Shown here piece after piece: positions 21,013-31,704 of a DNA stretch of 64,000 nucleotides. The stretch spans positions 53,809 through 117,808 of the forward strand of contig PULR01000002.1 in NCBI GenBank assembly GCA_003551005.1. Reading direction: 5' to 3'. The notes under the pieces were generated by a model that made no database searches, was not told the DNA's origin, and saw nothing but the letters and a program-made list of their open reading frames with translations. The DNA comes from Mollicutes bacterium. Lineage in GTDB: Bacteria; Bacillota_I; Bacilli_A; Izemoplasmatales; Izemoplasmataceae. Position 1 is the first letter of the stretch. Each line of letters begins with the position of its first letter. The translations under genes and the position numbers were made by a program.

Positions 21013-21019
21013 ATCGGAT

Positions 21020-21622
21020 TTACAGATCGGGGAGGGGGTGCTTCTCGATCTCTCCTCGGTGAATCCTCTCACGGATTCGCTGCGCCGTGGGGAGGGTGGT
21101 GACGAAAATGACGAACACAATCACCAGCACGTTCACGATTGTGATGCCCAAAAGATAGGGGATTCCCGTATGCAACAAAGCCAGCCATCTGGGGAAGCCG
21201 GCATCCGCGAACCGTCGGAAACTCACCGAGAGCACGGGAATGATGAAGATGACGCCGATCACCGCCAGATAAATGGTATAGACCAGCATCATCGCATCGG
21301 TGACTTCGACAGGAGTAAGAAAGTTGATTCCCTGAACGGCAATGACCGGACCAAGGGCGGCCAGGATAATCGCCGCGTGCAAAAACCAGAACTCTCTGCG
21401 GCTGCTATAGCCGAAAAAGTGGAAAACACGACGAAAGACACTGAAGAACATCTGTGGATAGGTCTGGGGTGCCGTCTGAGAACGAGAGGGAATCGGCTCG
21501 CGCATCAGACGTTTGATTCGAGCCGGCCGGTAACGCTTCCAGTAGCGGCGAAAGGTACTGATCTCCTCGGCATTTTCCTCGGGGTCGGTCGCTATTGTAG
21601 TTTCCAAACTTCTGTCGTCCAT
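21020..21622 (-). CDS. DUF805-family inner-membrane protein with an N-terminal extension
   Basis: GYSSRREFWFLHAAIIL motif followed by TM helices. Confidence 0.7.
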   Translation of the reverse strand: MDDRSLETTIATDPEENAEEISTFRRYWKRYRPARIKRLMREPIPSRSQTAPQTYPQMFFSVFRRVFHFFGYSSRREFWFLHAAIILAALGPVIAVQGINFLTPVEVTDAMMLVYTIYLAVIGVIFIIPVLSVSFRRFADAGFPRWLALLHTGIPYLLGITIVNVLVIVFVIFVTTLPTAQRIRERIHRGEIEKHPLPDL

Positions 21623-21695
21623 ATGAACGCTCCTATCTATATATTATCCATCTTCAGTGTAACATAGCATCTCCCGGTTGATAAGGTGCGTGACT

Positions 21696-23762
21696 TCAGG
21701 TCTTGTCCCCTGTTTCGCCACATTGCTTGTCGTTGCAGACGACGGTGCCATCTTCAAGCTCGACCAGCAGATCGTCGCAGTCGGCGCACGCTTCACCGGT
21801 CGGCTTGCCGCGGAGGATGTTGCGGCACTTGGGGAAATTGTTGCAGGCGTAGAAGGTCTTCCCTTTGTTTTTTCCGCGTTTGGCTTCACGTTCGACAATC
21901 TCACCTTTTTTGCATTTGGGACAAGTGACGCCGGTCTTGGTCGGCTCTTTTTTGTTTCCATCGGGCTTGATGTATTTGCATTTCGGAAAGCCGCTACAAG
22001 CTTCGAACACTCCATAGCGGCTCTCCCTGTAGACCATCGGACTTCCGCATTTCGGACAGTTTTCGCCTGTGTACTTGGGCGGGGCTTTCTCCATCTCCTG
22101 ATTGGCCTTCTCGACGAGCGGGATGAAGTTGTGATAGAAATCGGCGATGATGCGTGTGTGGTCGATGCCCTTGTTGGCGATCTCATCAAGCGTCCGTTCC
22201 ATGCGGGCTGTATAATCGACACTGACAATGTCGCTGAAGTACTGCTCGAGCTTCTCGACGGTCAGGCGTCCTTGGTCGGTCGGGAGGAAGCGTTTCTTGT
22301 CCAGCTGGACATAGCGGCGCTTCTTGAGTGTCGAGACTGTCTGGGAATACGTGCTCGGCCGTCCGATGCCCTTTTCTTCCATCTCCTTGATCAGCGAGGC
22401 CTCGTTGAAGCGAGGCGGGGGTGAGGTGAAGTGCTGGCTCTTCTCGAGCTTCTTGGCTTTCAGTCGGTCCCCTTCGTCCTTGTTTGGAAGCTCGCTCGTC
22501 TCGATATCCTGATACTCCCTGTAGACTTTGAGATACCCGTCGAAGAGCTCTCGCTGGGCCTTCGCACGGAACTCCGCCGATTTATTCAACAGGACATACG
22601 TCTTCGTCTCGAACTGGGCGGAAGCCATCTGCGAGGCGACGGCCCGTGCGTAGATCAATTTGTAGAGACGGTATTCGTCGCGTTTGAGGTAGGGTCTGAC
22701 CCGTACGGGGGTATAGGCAAGACTTGTCGGTCGGATGGCTTCGTGCGCGTCCTGTCCGGCCTGTTGCTTTCTTCCCTGGCGGGAGCCGCTGACGTATTTC
22801 GCCCCATAGTGCTTCTTGATATGCTCGCGGGCGGCGGATTTGAACGAGGCCGCCATCCGGGTTGAATCGGTACGCATATAGGTGATGAGACCGACGGTTT
22901 CATCCTTTAAATCAATACCTTCATAGAGGCTCTGGGCAAGCATCATCGTACGTTGCCCGCCAAGATTGAGACGGTTCGACGCTTCCTGCTGGAGGGAGGA
23001 GGTCGTAAACGGGTTGAACGGTGCCTTGCGACGCTTCCGGGTCCGGATGGCATCGATGGTGAACGTCTCTGAGAGACTGGAGCGTAGCGCTTCCGCTGAG
23101 GATTCGTCTTTCAGCTTCGGTTTTTTGCCGTCGACTTTCGAGAGTTCGGCCTCGAAACCGGTAAACGAGGCGGTCAATTTCCAGTATTCTTCGGGTTCGA
23201 ACGCTTCGACCTCACGTTCCCGGTCGACAATCATCTTGAGGGCCGCGCTCTGCACACGTCCTGCGGATTTCGACTTGATCTTGCTTTGGAGCAGCTTTGA
23301 GAGCTTGAAGCCGATGATGCGGTCGAGGATGCGCCGCGTTTCCTGAGAGGAGACGAGGTTCAAATCAATGCTGCGGGGATTTTCGAATGCTTCCTTGACG
23401 GCGTCCTTGGTCACTTCGTGAAAGATGACCCGGTGGACCGGCCGCTCTTCTTCTGAGAGCTCGAGGACTTGCTGGAGATGCCAGCTGATGGCCTCGCCTT
23501 CACGGTCGGGGTCGGTCGCTAAAAAAACCGCCTCCGATTTGTCAGCGGCTTGTTTCAGCGAACGGACGACAGGCTTCTTATCATCGAGCACGCTGTATTT
23601 CGGTTTGAAGTTATTCTCGATGTCAAGACCCAATCCGCCGGGGCCGCTAATCGCTAGGTCCCGGATGTGCCCCTTCGAAGAGAGTACCTGGTAATCACCT
23701 TCGAGGTACTGCTTGATGGTTTTCGATTTTGAGGGGGATTCGACGATGACAAGTTTACTCAT
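21696..23762 (-). CDS. topA: DNA topoisomerase I
   Basis: TOPRIM N-terminus LVIVESPSKSKTI and C-terminal C4 zinc ribbons (CPKCGSPM, CPKCKKGE, CADCDD). Confidence 0.96.
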   Translation of the reverse strand: MSKLVIVESPSKSKTIKQYLEGDYQVLSSKGHIRDLAISGPGGLGLDIENNFKPKYSVLDDKKPVVRSLKQAADKSEAVFLATDPDREGEAISWHLQQVLELSEEERPVHRVIFHEVTKDAVKEAFENPRSIDLNLVSSQETRRILDRIIGFKLSKLLQSKIKSKSAGRVQSAALKMIVDREREVEAFEPEEYWKLTASFTGFEAELSKVDGKKPKLKDESSAEALRSSLSETFTIDAIRTRKRRKAPFNPFTTSSLQQEASNRLNLGGQRTMMLAQSLYEGIDLKDETVGLITYMRTDSTRMAASFKSAAREHIKKHYGAKYVSGSRQGRKQQAGQDAHEAIRPTSLAYTPVRVRPYLKRDEYRLYKLIYARAVASQMASAQFETKTYVLLNKSAEFRAKAQRELFDGYLKVYREYQDIETSELPNKDEGDRLKAKKLEKSQHFTSPPPRFNEASLIKEMEEKGIGRPSTYSQTVSTLKKRRYVQLDKKRFLPTDQGRLTVEKLEQYFSDIVSVDYTARMERTLDEIANKGIDHTRIIADFYHNFIPLVEKANQEMEKAPPKYTGENCPKCGSPMVYRESRYGVFEACSGFPKCKYIKPDGNKKEPTKTGVTCPKCKKGEIVEREAKRGKNKGKTFYACNNFPKCRNILRGKPTGEACADCDDLLVELEDGTVVCNDKQCGETGDKT

Positions 23763-23784
23763 GCTCTCACTCCTGCTCTGAGGT

Positions 23785-23814
23785 ATTATACACAGGAGTT
23801 ATTCAGCCTGTCAA
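23785..23814 (-). promoter_or_regulatory. promoter for topA
   Basis: Minus strand TTGACA (23814-23809), 18 nt, TATAAT (23790-23785). Confidence 0.55.
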
Positions 23815-23815
23815 G

Positions 23816-24703
23816 TCAGGTATGCCTCACTCGCGACCCACAATGGACAAACGTCATGCGGTCGCGTCCCTGCATGTCTTTTTGATGCGACACCCGGCAG
23901 CCAGGGAGTGCTTCGTGGACATACGAACTCAAGGCGGCAGCGTGCTGTGCGCCGTGCTCGAAAGCGACGAAGGCGCCCGGATTCAAATGTGAACGGACCT
24001 GCTTCAGGATGCGTTTATAGAAGTCGAGTCCGTCATCGCCGCCATAGAGCGCAAGTTCCGGCTCATAATCGGCGATGGCCGGGTCGAGCGGCTCATCAAC
24101 GGGGATATAAGGCGGGTTGGACACAACCACATCGAAACGCTCCCCTCTCACAGGTTCAAACAAATCTCCTTCCCGGATATCCACAGCGACGCCATGTTTC
24201 TCACAATTCGCCCGGGCATGATGTAGGGCTTGTTTCGACACGTCGGTGGCGACCGCCTCGACCCTGCCATCTTCAAGCATCAGCGTGATTGCAAGACAGC
24301 CCGAGCCCGTGCCGATATCCAGGATCCGGATCCGTTCGGCGCCGGCGAACTGCCGATCCATCTCATCGAGCACGGCGGCAGCCAGTTCTTCTGTCTCGAA
24401 GCGAGGGATGAAGACGCCATCCCCGACCTGGAAGTCATATCCGAAAAAGGTCTCCACCCCGATCAGATACTGCACCGGGACGTTCCTCTCAAGATAGGCC
24501 TCGACGGACTGCTCGAAGGCGGTCCGTTCTGCATCCGGCATCGTCTCATCAAGCCTCAGCAGAAGCTCTGTGCTGCCGAAGCGGGCATGATGCATAAGCA
24601 AGCGTTTGATGGCGCTCGGTTCGCGGCCCTTCTCTTCAGCCCGGCTCTCCGCCTGCTTGAGAACCCGGGAGTAAGTGGGCGGCTGCTGATCGACAGCGCT
24701 CAT
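23816..24703 (-). CDS. prmC: peptide chain release factor N5-glutamine methyltransferase
   Basis: ILDIGTGSG SAM motif and VVSNPPYIP. ATGA overlap with the prfA stop. Confidence 0.9.
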   Translation of the reverse strand: MSAVDQQPPTYSRVLKQAESRAEEKGREPSAIKRLLMHHARFGSTELLLRLDETMPDAERTAFEQSVEAYLERNVPVQYLIGVETFFGYDFQVGDGVFIPRFETEELAAAVLDEMDRQFAGAERIRILDIGTGSGCLAITLMLEDGRVEAVATDVSKQALHHARANCEKHGVAVDIREGDLFEPVRGERFDVVVSNPPYIPVDEPLDPAIADYEPELALYGGDDGLDFYKRILKQVRSHLNPGAFVAFEHGAQHAAALSSYVHEALPGCRVSHQKDMQGRDRMTFVHCGSRVRHT

Positions 24704-25761
24704 AGATTCTCAAGCTTCCGCTTGAATTCTTCATCAAGGAGCGCGTCGATAATCGGGTCGAGTTTGCCATCCAGCACGCGGTCGAGCTGCTGAATCGTGA
24801 AATGGATGCGATGGTCGGTCACCCGGTTCTGAGGAAAATTATAGGTGCGGATTTTCTCGCTGCGGTCCCCGGTGCCGATCTGGCTGCGGCGCGCGGCGCC
24901 CTCGGCCTCTCGTTGCTGTTTTTCGTAGTGGTCCTTGAGACGCGCCCTCAGAACCCGGTAGGCCGTCGCTCGGTTTTCGTGCTGACTTTTTCCATCCTGA
25001 GAGGAAACCACCAATCCGGTCGGTTCATGCGTGATACGCACCGCCGAATCGGTCGTGTTCACGCTTTGACCTCCCGGGCCGCTGGAGCGGAAAGTATCGA
25101 CACGCAGATCTTTTTCTTCAAGTTCGACATCCACCTCTTCCGCTTCGGGGAGGACCACGACCGTAGCCGTTGAGGTATGGATTCGTCCCTGGGATTCCGT
25201 CTCCGGTACCCGCTGGACACGATGGGCGCCACTTTCATATTTCATATGGGAGTACACGCGCGTCCCGGAAACCGTGAACTCTATCTGACTATAGCCGCCG
25301 GCGGAGCCTTCCACAGCATGATGAACAGTAAGCTTCCACCCCTGTCGTTCAGCAAAGCGGGCGTACATCCGGAAGAGATCGCCGGCGAAAAGGTTGCCTT
25401 CCTGACCCCCGGCGGCGCCACGAATTTCAACGATGACATCCTTCTTGTCGTTGGGGTCCTTCGGAATCAATTCCTTTTCGAGATCATTTTCAAGACGTGC
25501 GTGTTTCTCCTTCGCCTCTTCGAGTTCCGTCTGGGCCAGCTCGCGAATCTCGGGGTCCTCGTCGCGGGCCATCGTCTTCAGTTCCGAAATGGTCTGCTCT
25601 GTCTGCAGGAGTTCTTCGTAGAGCCTGACCGGGCGTTCGAGTTCACTGCGTTCGACGGAGAGTTCCTTGAGCCGTTCAACATCAGAGGCGACTTCGGGGT
25701 CGCTCAGCTTCTCGTTTATTTCCTGATACCGTTTCTTCAGTTGTTCGAGTCGCTCTTTCAT
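24700..25761 (-). CDS. prfA: peptide chain release factor 1
   Basis: GGQ motif (SGPGGQSVN) and RF1-type P-E-T tripeptide. ATG at 25761 (MKERLEQL) is used. Confidence 0.96.
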   Translation of the reverse strand: MKERLEQLKKRYQEINEKLSDPEVASDVERLKELSVERSELERPVRLYEELLQTEQTISELKTMARDEDPEIRELAQTELEEAKEKHARLENDLEKELIPKDPNDKKDVIVEIRGAAGGQEGNLFAGDLFRMYARFAERQGWKLTVHHAVEGSAGGYSQIEFTVSGTRVYSHMKYESGAHRVQRVPETESQGRIHTSTATVVVLPEAEEVDVELEEKDLRVDTFRSSGPGGQSVNTTDSAVRITHEPTGLVVSSQDGKSQHENRATAYRVLRARLKDHYEKQQREAEGAARRSQIGTGDRSEKIRTYNFPQNRVTDHRIHFTIQQLDRVLDGKLDPIIDALLDEEFKRKLENL

Positions 25762-25818
25762 CGAGACATCACTCCAAATCTTCCTATCGGGCCGAAAGAA
25801 AGACACGCTATCGGCGTG

Positions 25819-27180
25819 TCAATCAAGATCCTCGAGATTCTCATCCGGTTCGTGTTTCGGATCCTTGGTGGTACGGAACTGGCTGTACTTCTTCCGGAAC
25901 AGAAGTGGAAAACCCTTGATATTGGTTGCTCCGCTGCGGTTCTTCGCTACCATCACATCGACGATGTCCGGCCGCTCGCTGTTTTCGTTGTAGTAATCGT
26001 CACGATAGAGGAAAAGCACCACATCAGCATCTTGCTCGATGGAGCCGGACTCGCGCAGATCAGCCATGATCGGCTTTTTCTCGGTTCTTTGTTCGACGCT
26101 CCTGGACAGCTGAGAAAGCGCAATGACAGGAATTTTGAGCTCCCGCGCCATCTCCTTGAGGGTGCGGGAGATCTCGCTGACTTCCTGAACACGGTTGGTA
26201 TAGGGCACCGAGCCGGACAATAGCTGCAGATAGTCGATCACGACCAAATCCAGCTTGTCCTCCTGGGCGAGCTTCCGGCATTTCTGGCGCAGGTCGCTGA
26301 CTTTGACGGTTCCGGAGTCATCGAAGAGCACATTCAGTTTCTCGAGTTGGTCGCTGGCGACACTGAGCCGCTGCCATTCCCCCGTATTCAGCTCGCCTTG
26401 CCGCAAGCGTACACTCGCGACATTCGACTCACACGAAAGCATCCTGCCGACCAGTTGGTCCACACCCATCTCCAGTGAGAAAAACGCGATATATGGACGA
26501 TGCTTCAACTTAGCGATGTTGGTCGCGATATTGAGAGCGAAGGCACTTTTCCCCATCGACGGCCGGGCGGCGATGACATAGAGCTCAGAAGGCTGCAGTC
26601 CGAGCGTGTAGTCGTTGAGCCGCTCGAAACCGGTATCCAGACCAATCAGTTCGCCTTGCTTGTTCTTTGCTTCTTCGGCCTTGTGGATGACATCCTCGGT
26701 AACCCGCTTCAAATCGATGAACCCCGAGGTGCGCCTTGAACGGGCGACATCGAATATGCGTTTCTCGCTTTCGTCGATGAACGACTGCATATCCTGCGCT
26801 TCAAAGCCCTTCTCCGAGACATCACGGGCGACCTCGATCATGTTCCGCATGACAGCCTTGTCGCGGACGATGTTGATGTAGTGGTCGAGATTCGCGATGG
26901 AAGGCGTCGTCTCGGACAGTCCGAGGATGTAATCCTCGCCACCGGCTTCGAGCAGTTGCTGTTTGGTCTTCAAGCGGTCGATGGTGGTGGTGTAGTCGAT
27001 GTCGACGCCTTCGGCGGTCAAATCAAGGAAGGATTGATAGATGACGCGGTGACGGCGAACAAAGAAATCCTCGACTTCCAGCGAATCAGAAATCGACTTG
27101 ATGGTCGAGGGATCGAGAAAGACAGCCCCCAATACATTCTGTTCGGCATCCTCGTTGTGCGGAAGGGTCTTCTCAGCCAT
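25819..27180 (-). CDS. dnaB: replicative DNA helicase
   Basis: Walker [13 protein letters not shown] in 453 aa. 8-nt overlap with the rplI end. Confidence 0.96.
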   Translation of the reverse strand: MAEKTLPHNEDAEQNVLGAVFLDPSTIKSISDSLEVEDFFVRRHRVIYQSFLDLTAEGVDIDYTTTIDRLKTKQQLLEAGGEDYILGLSETTPSIANLDHYINIVRDKAVMRNMIEVARDVSEKGFEAQDMQSFIDESEKRIFDVARSRRTSGFIDLKRVTEDVIHKAEEAKNKQGELIGLDTGFERLNDYTLGLQPSELYVIAARPSMGKSAFALNIATNIAKLKHRPYIAFFSLEMGVDQLVGRMLSCESNVASVRLRQGELNTGEWQRLSVASDQLEKLNVLFDDSGTVKVSDLRQKCRKLAQEDKLDLVVIDYLQLLSGSVPYTNRVQEVSEISRTLKEMARELKIPVIALSQLSRSVEQRTEKKPIMADLRESGSIEQDADVVLFLYRDDYYNENSERPDIVDVMVAKNRSGATNIKGFPLLFRKKYSQFRTTKDPKHEPDENLEDLD

Positions 27181-27622
27181 TCTGCTCTAGCACCGTCAGT
27201 TCGAAGGTCGCCGTGACATCCTTGTGCAGTTTGACTTCCACATCATATTTTCCGAGTGCAGTAATCGGTTCCCCCAGCTCAATCTTTCGCCTGTCGATGT
27301 CAATGTCGTGTTGTTCCTTCAAGGCTTCGGAAATCTGTTTCGGCGTGACTTTACCGAACATCTTGCCATCCTTGCCGATTTTAGCGTAGACTTTGACAAC
27401 CCGGTGATCAATTTTCTCCTTCAAGGCCTTCATTTCTTCATATTGTCTTTCCTCTTCTTCTTTAGCCTTCCGACGTTCTTCCTCAAGACTCTGGATGTTT
27501 TCGGGGGTCGCCTCGATGGCCTGGCCGCTGGTCAGCAAATAATTCCCATAGCCGGGCTTGACATCGACGATCTCCCCTTTCTTTCCTTTGTTCTTGAGAT
27601 CTTTCTTGAGAATGACTTTCAT
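27173..27622 (-). CDS. rplI: 50S ribosomal protein L9
   Basis: [32 protein letters not shown] at 27622 with GAGGAGGAG 6 nt upstream. It lies in frame with, and is not separated by a stop from, gdpP. Confidence 0.93.
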   Translation of the reverse strand: MKVILKKDLKNKGKKGEIVDVKPGYGNYLLTSGQAIEATPENIQSLEEERRKAKEEEERQYEEMKALKEKIDHRVVKVYAKIGKDGKMFGKVTPKQISEALKEQHDIDIDRRKIELGEPITALGKYDVEVKLHKDVTATFELTVLEQNG

Positions 27623-29605
27623 CGGTCTCTCCTCCTCTGACAATTCTTCTAGATAGGTAACGAGATCGTGGCGGACCTTCTCGACATTCCGGTCCTCGAT
27701 TTGCGTACCGGCGTTGTTGAAATGGCCGCCACCGCCGAATTCCTCCATGATGGTCTGTACGTTGAACCCTTCAAGGCTCCTCGCGCTGATGCCGACCGTG
27801 CGCTTGCCGAGACGTCCAACCGCGAAGGCCGCCTGGATGTTTTCAATCTCAAGCAGGTTATTCGCGACTTTTGCAAGCAACTGGCGGTCCGGTTCAAATT
27901 CATCCTCGACGACGACAAGGGCGAAATGTTTCGCAATCACTTCCGCTTTGCGCATCAGTTCGGCCTTGATGCGAACATCCTGAAGCGATTCCCGAAGCAA
28001 CGACTTCACACGGTGTGTGTCGCCACCGAACTTTCTCAGCACGGCGGCGGCTTCGAAAGTCCGCGAACCCGTGCGGTAAGTGAAATTATTCGTATCCACG
28101 ACAATCCCAAGCAGCAGCAACGTCGCTTCAAAACTATTGAAATCCACATCGCGGGGATAGACGTTCGCCATCTCCACAATCAGCTCTGTAGAACTTGACG
28201 CATACGGCTCGACATAACTCAGGTACGCGCCTTCGATACTATCGTCCTGCCGACGGTGATGGTCGATGATCGCCAGACTCTCGGTCCTGTCGATGAATCG
28301 GCCGTTGAGCGCCTGGGAGCGTGAATGGTGATCGACGAGTACAATGGCAGAGTCCTTGAATCGTTTTCCTACAACCGCATCCAGGTCGACAAATACATCC
28401 AGGAAGGATTCGTATTCATACTCGATCCGTTCAAGAACCTTCTTGACGGTCTGATCCAGATTGTCATGATCCAGCACGATGCTGGCCTTTATATTGGAAG
28501 CCTCGGCCATCTTGTACACGCCGATCGCCCCCGCGACAGCATCCGCATCCGGATGGACATGAGGGAAGATGAGAACCTCCTCGTGCCCTTCAAACAGCAT
28601 CGAGAGCTTGCGGGCGTTTATACGGCTGGAAATACGTGTCCGTTTCTCCTGGGTGTTGGTATTGCCCCCGAAATAACGGTATTTTTCACCCTGGATGTTG
28701 ATGGCGATCTGGTCACCTCCCCGGGACAAAGCCTGTTCAAGCGCGTTATCAGCAATGTCCGCAAGGTCGTTCAGCTGAATGTTCGCACAAGCGAATCCAC
28801 CGCTGAGTGTAATGATCAAATCGTGTGCGCGCGAAACCTCCGAGACATCCTCGATGATGCTGAATTCTTCATCAATCACGCGTTCGAGGTCGCTTTTGTA
28901 CATATACACATACAATTTCTCCGCGGTGACGGGGGTCACGTGAAAGCCCCGTCGTTCGGCCCATTCATTGACCGCACCGAGCAGCTGTCCTTGAATCTCG
29001 CTTTGTTCCTGGACATCCAGGACGTTCAATGAATCCTCGAGGTTGTCGAAGTGGAGAATCCCAACAACGGGAGTCATCCGTTCGTGCTCACGCTTGAGCT
29101 TCTCGCGCTCTGTCTCCTTATAGAAATACAGAGCGTGCTCCTCTTCCTGATAGTGGACTTCATAAAAATCCTCGTAAATCCTAAAAACCTTTCCTTCCGG
29201 GAGGTCCCTCATCTGAAGAATATTGTGCAGCTCTTCGTGAAGAACCTCCAGAGACCGCCCCTCGAGAGGATTGTGAAAAATCCTTCGTGCCGATTCGTTC
29301 GCGAAACGGACGCGTAAATCTTCATCAAGGAGGAGGACGCCGATCGGCATCTCGTGCAGCAAGCGCTCTTCCAGCTTCGACTTTCTTCTAAGAAGCGACT
29401 CCCTGTTCTTCAGGGAAGCTTTGAATTCGGCTAGCTGCTTCTGCAGACGAGCGCCGAAGAACAGAATATACAGAGCATTCAAAAGCACCAGTCCGACGCT
29501 CAGGAGAATGACCATCCAGGCGCTCAGCTCGGTCAAGGTGACACCGATAAGTATCAGCAGCGCAAGAAGTAGAATATTCAAGGCCAGCACGGGTCCACGG
29601 TCCAT
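27623..29605 (-). CDS. gdpP: GdpP-type cyclic-di-AMP phosphodiesterase (2 TM, PAS-like, degenerate GGDEF, DHH/DHHA1) with no stop codon of its own
   Basis: [19 protein letters not shown] and GGGGH motifs. ATG at 29605 (GGAGTGAG upstream) gives 661 aa before the L9 Met. The reading frame continues into rplI. Confidence 0.85.
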
Positions 29606-29680
29606 AATCTCACTCCGATGTTCATTGCTGGTTGCTTGACTAGTATACCACATCCGCGCGGACCATTGCCATATGGCGTC

Positions 29681-29709
29681 TTGACTTAAGACCCCGGGCG
29701 GCCTATAAT
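29681..29709 (+). promoter_or_regulatory. promoter for yhhQ
   Basis: TTGACT (29681-29686), 17 nt, TATAAT (29704-29709). Confidence 0.6.
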
Positions 29710-29765
29710 ACACAGGCAGAACACACTTACAAAGCTGCCTGGCCAGTGTGTGCAGGAGGGAAATC

Positions 29766-30491
29766 ATGCAGTCGCTAATCGAGTCGTTCCATTCCGCTTT
29801 TCCATACGGCAACGAGGTCTTGTGGGTACTTTATGCTTTCATCAACTTCCTGCTCATCCTGGCCATCTACCGATGGTTCGGACGAACCGGTCTGTTCGCG
29901 TGGCTGGCATTCAGCACCGTGCTGGCGAACATACAGGTCACCCAGACCATCGAGCTGTTCGGACTGACCGCCACGTTAGGCAATATTCTCTATGGAAGCA
30001 TCTTTCTGATCACCGATGCGCTCAACGAAAAATATGGACTGCAGGAAGCGAAACGTGCGGTTTTCATCGGCTTCTTCACCCTTGCGGGCATGGCGCTGAT
30101 TATGCAGGGAGCGTTGCAGTTCATGCCCCTCGGGGGGACAGAGGATACCGTTCATCGGGCGCTCGATACCATCTTCAGCATGGTACCGAGAATTGTCCTC
30201 GGCAGTGTGAGCGCGTATCTGATCAGTCAGCTGATCGATGTCCACATTTTCCAGCGCATCAAGTCCAGACTTCCTTCCGACCGTCTGCTCTATATCCGCA
30301 ACCTCGGTTCGACCGCGCTGTCTCAGCTTCTCGATTCGGCCATCTTCGTTCCCATTGCGTTCCTAGGCGTGCACGAGAATGTCTTCGAAATCTTCCTGAC
30401 GACATATGCCATCAAACTCATTGTGGCCTTGCTCGATACGCCTTTTATCTACATCATCAAAGGCATTCATCCGCTTCCACGAAACGGTTGA
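29766..30491 (+). CDS. yhhQ: YhhQ/VUT-family queuosine-precursor transporter
   Basis: Polytopic protein with [23 protein letters not shown] at 29766 with AGGAGG 6 nt upstream. Confidence 0.8.
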   Translation: MQSLIESFHSAFPYGNEVLWVLYAFINFLLILAIYRWFGRTGLFAWLAFSTVLANIQVTQTIELFGLTATLGNILYGSIFLITDALNEKYGLQEAKRAVFIGFFTLAGMALIMQGALQFMPLGGTEDTVHRALDTIFSMVPRIVLGSVSAYLISQLIDVHIFQRIKSRLPSDRLLYIRNLGSTALSQLLDSAIFVPIAFLGVHENVFEIFLTTYAIKLIVALLDTPFIYIIKGIHPLPRNG

Positions 30492-30506
30492 TTCCCAGGA
30501 GGATAC

Positions 30507-30542
30507 AAAAGACGCTCCGCGGTTTTCCGCGGAGCGTTTTTC
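30507..30542. terminator. bidirectional terminator shared by yhhQ and the rpsF-ssb-rpsR operon
   Basis: GACGCTCCGCGG-TTTT-CCGCGGAGCGT with flanking A-run and T-run. Confidence 0.8.
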
Positions 30543-30550
30543 TTAGTCAC

Positions 30551-30787
30551 TCATTCACCCTTGACGTAGGGCAGAAGCGCCATGTAACGGGCGCGTTTGA
30601 TTGCTTTTGATAACGGACGTTGGTATTTCGCCTTGGTACCGGTGACACGTTTGGGGAGAATCTTTCCGCTATCATCTGCGATGAACCGTTTCAACAGGTT
30701 CACGTCTTTGAAATCAATGTGCTCTATCTTGTTTTCCGTAAAATAACAAGTCTTTTTGCGACGGCGACGATAATTTCTTCTTGCCAT
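30551..30787 (-). CDS. rpsR: 30S ribosomal protein S18
   Basis: [21 protein letters not shown]...[11 protein letters not shown]. Confidence 0.95.
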   Translation of the reverse strand: MARRNYRRRRKKTCYFTENKIEHIDFKDVNLLKRFIADDSGKILPKRVTGTKAKYQRPLSKAIKRARYMALLPYVKGE

Positions 30788-30799
30788 GGTCTCCTCCTT

Positions 30800-31258
30800 T
30801 TAGAATGGTAGGTCGTCTTCTGCTATATCGATGTTGTCCAGGTCGTCTTTCGAATCCTGTCCTTCATCGCTGCTCTGTGTGTTCGCGCTTTGTGAAGGGG
30901 GTTCTTCCCCGGGGGTCTTGGGTTCCGGCGGTTTCGTACCTTTGGGTTCGAGGAACTGTACCGACTCTGCAACAATTTCGGTCATCACCCGGCGATTGCC
31001 ATCCCGGTCTTCGAAACTGCGGCTCTGGATACGTCCCTCGACGCCGACCAGACTGCCCTTCGATAGGTAGCGTGAAACGTTCTCCGCCTGTCGGCGCCAG
31101 ACGACGCACCGCAGGAAATCGGTGTCGCTTCCGCCCTGTTGATTCCGAAACGGGCGATCCACCGCAAGCGTGAAGGTCGCCAGCGGAATATCATTCGATG
31201 TGTGCTTGAGCTCGGGGTCTCTGGTCAGTCTCCCGACCAATATGGCGCGATTAATCAT
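30800..31258 (-). CDS. ssb: single-stranded DNA-binding protein
   Basis: [19 protein letters not shown] fold and an acidic C-terminal tip DDLPF. Confidence 0.95.
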   Translation of the reverse strand: MINRAILVGRLTRDPELKHTSNDIPLATFTLAVDRPFRNQQGGSDTDFLRCVVWRRQAENVSRYLSKGSLVGVEGRIQSRSFEDRDGNRRVMTEIVAESVQFLEPKGTKPPEPKTPGEEPPSQSANTQSSDEGQDSKDDLDNIDIAEDDLPF

Positions 31259-31270
31259 TCTCTCACCTCG

Positions 31271-31567
31271 TCATTGATCGGGGCGCTCGTCACGAACGAC
31301 AATATGCCGCACGATATCTTCTTTCATGCGGATGATCCGTTCGAACTCCGAACGCGCTTCCTGAGTAGCGTTGACATGCATGACGACGTAGTAGCCCTTC
31401 GTGTAGTTGTCGATTTCGTAGGCGAGTTCCCTCAGGCCCCACTCGTCAAGTTCGAGCACTTCCGAATCGTGCTTGGGGAAGATTTCCTTCAGTTCCTCAA
31501 TCAGGTTCTGACGCGGCTCTTCCTCGAGATCCGGACGCACGATGTACATGATCTCATACTTGCGCAC
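31271..31567 (-). CDS. rpsF: 30S ribosomal protein S6
   Basis: RKYEIMYIVRPDLEEE. GTG start with AAGGAGG 7 nt upstream. Confidence 0.95.
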   Translation of the reverse strand: MRKYEIMYIVRPDLEEEPRQNLIEELKEIFPKHDSEVLELDEWGLRELAYEIDNYTKGYYVVMHVNATQEARSEFERIIRMKEDIVRHIVVRDERPDQ

Positions 31568-31673
31568 TTTTTAACCTCCTTACGGTCTAATGGCTGCATC
31601 TGCAGCAAGGATGGCCCGTTGCCGGCCTTGAGGACGGCACGGGAGCGAGATGCGGTGCAGTCTCGCGAAGATT

Positions 31674-31702
31674 ATTGTAGCACAGCGGGTAGACGGTGTA
31701 AA
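31674..31702 (-). promoter_or_regulatory. promoter for rpsF-ssb-rpsR, followed by a roughly 100-nt hairpin-rich leader
   Basis: Minus strand TTTACA (31702-31697), 17 nt, TACAAT (31679-31674). The leader contains the GCGAGA..TCTCGC and GCTGCA-GA-TGCAGC hairpins. Confidence 0.55.
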
Positions 31703-31704
31703 CA

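Noticed and set aside
25819-27180. An intein in dnaB, or a programmed frameshift in the release-factor gene (24700..25761).
   Set aside because: DnaB is of normal length (453 aa) and contiguous. The release factor is RF1 (P-E-T motif), which has no frameshift site, unlike prfB.
29710-29765. A possible preQ1-type riboswitch or pseudoknot upstream of the YhhQ-family transporter (CAGGCAG...CTGCCTG stem; ACACAC...GTGTGT).
   Set aside because: The leader is only about 50 nt, and the best stem's 5' arm overlaps the expected transcription start after the TATAAT. There is no A-rich tail or other preQ1-I/II signature that I can recognise. It may still be worth an Rfam scan, but I cannot support the call.
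29750-30610. A 286-aa plus-strand ORF overlapping yhhQ in another frame.
   Set aside because: It is Arg/His/Pro-rich, has no SD, and runs through the yhhQ terminator. The yhhQ frame gives a clean polytopic transporter with a strong SD.
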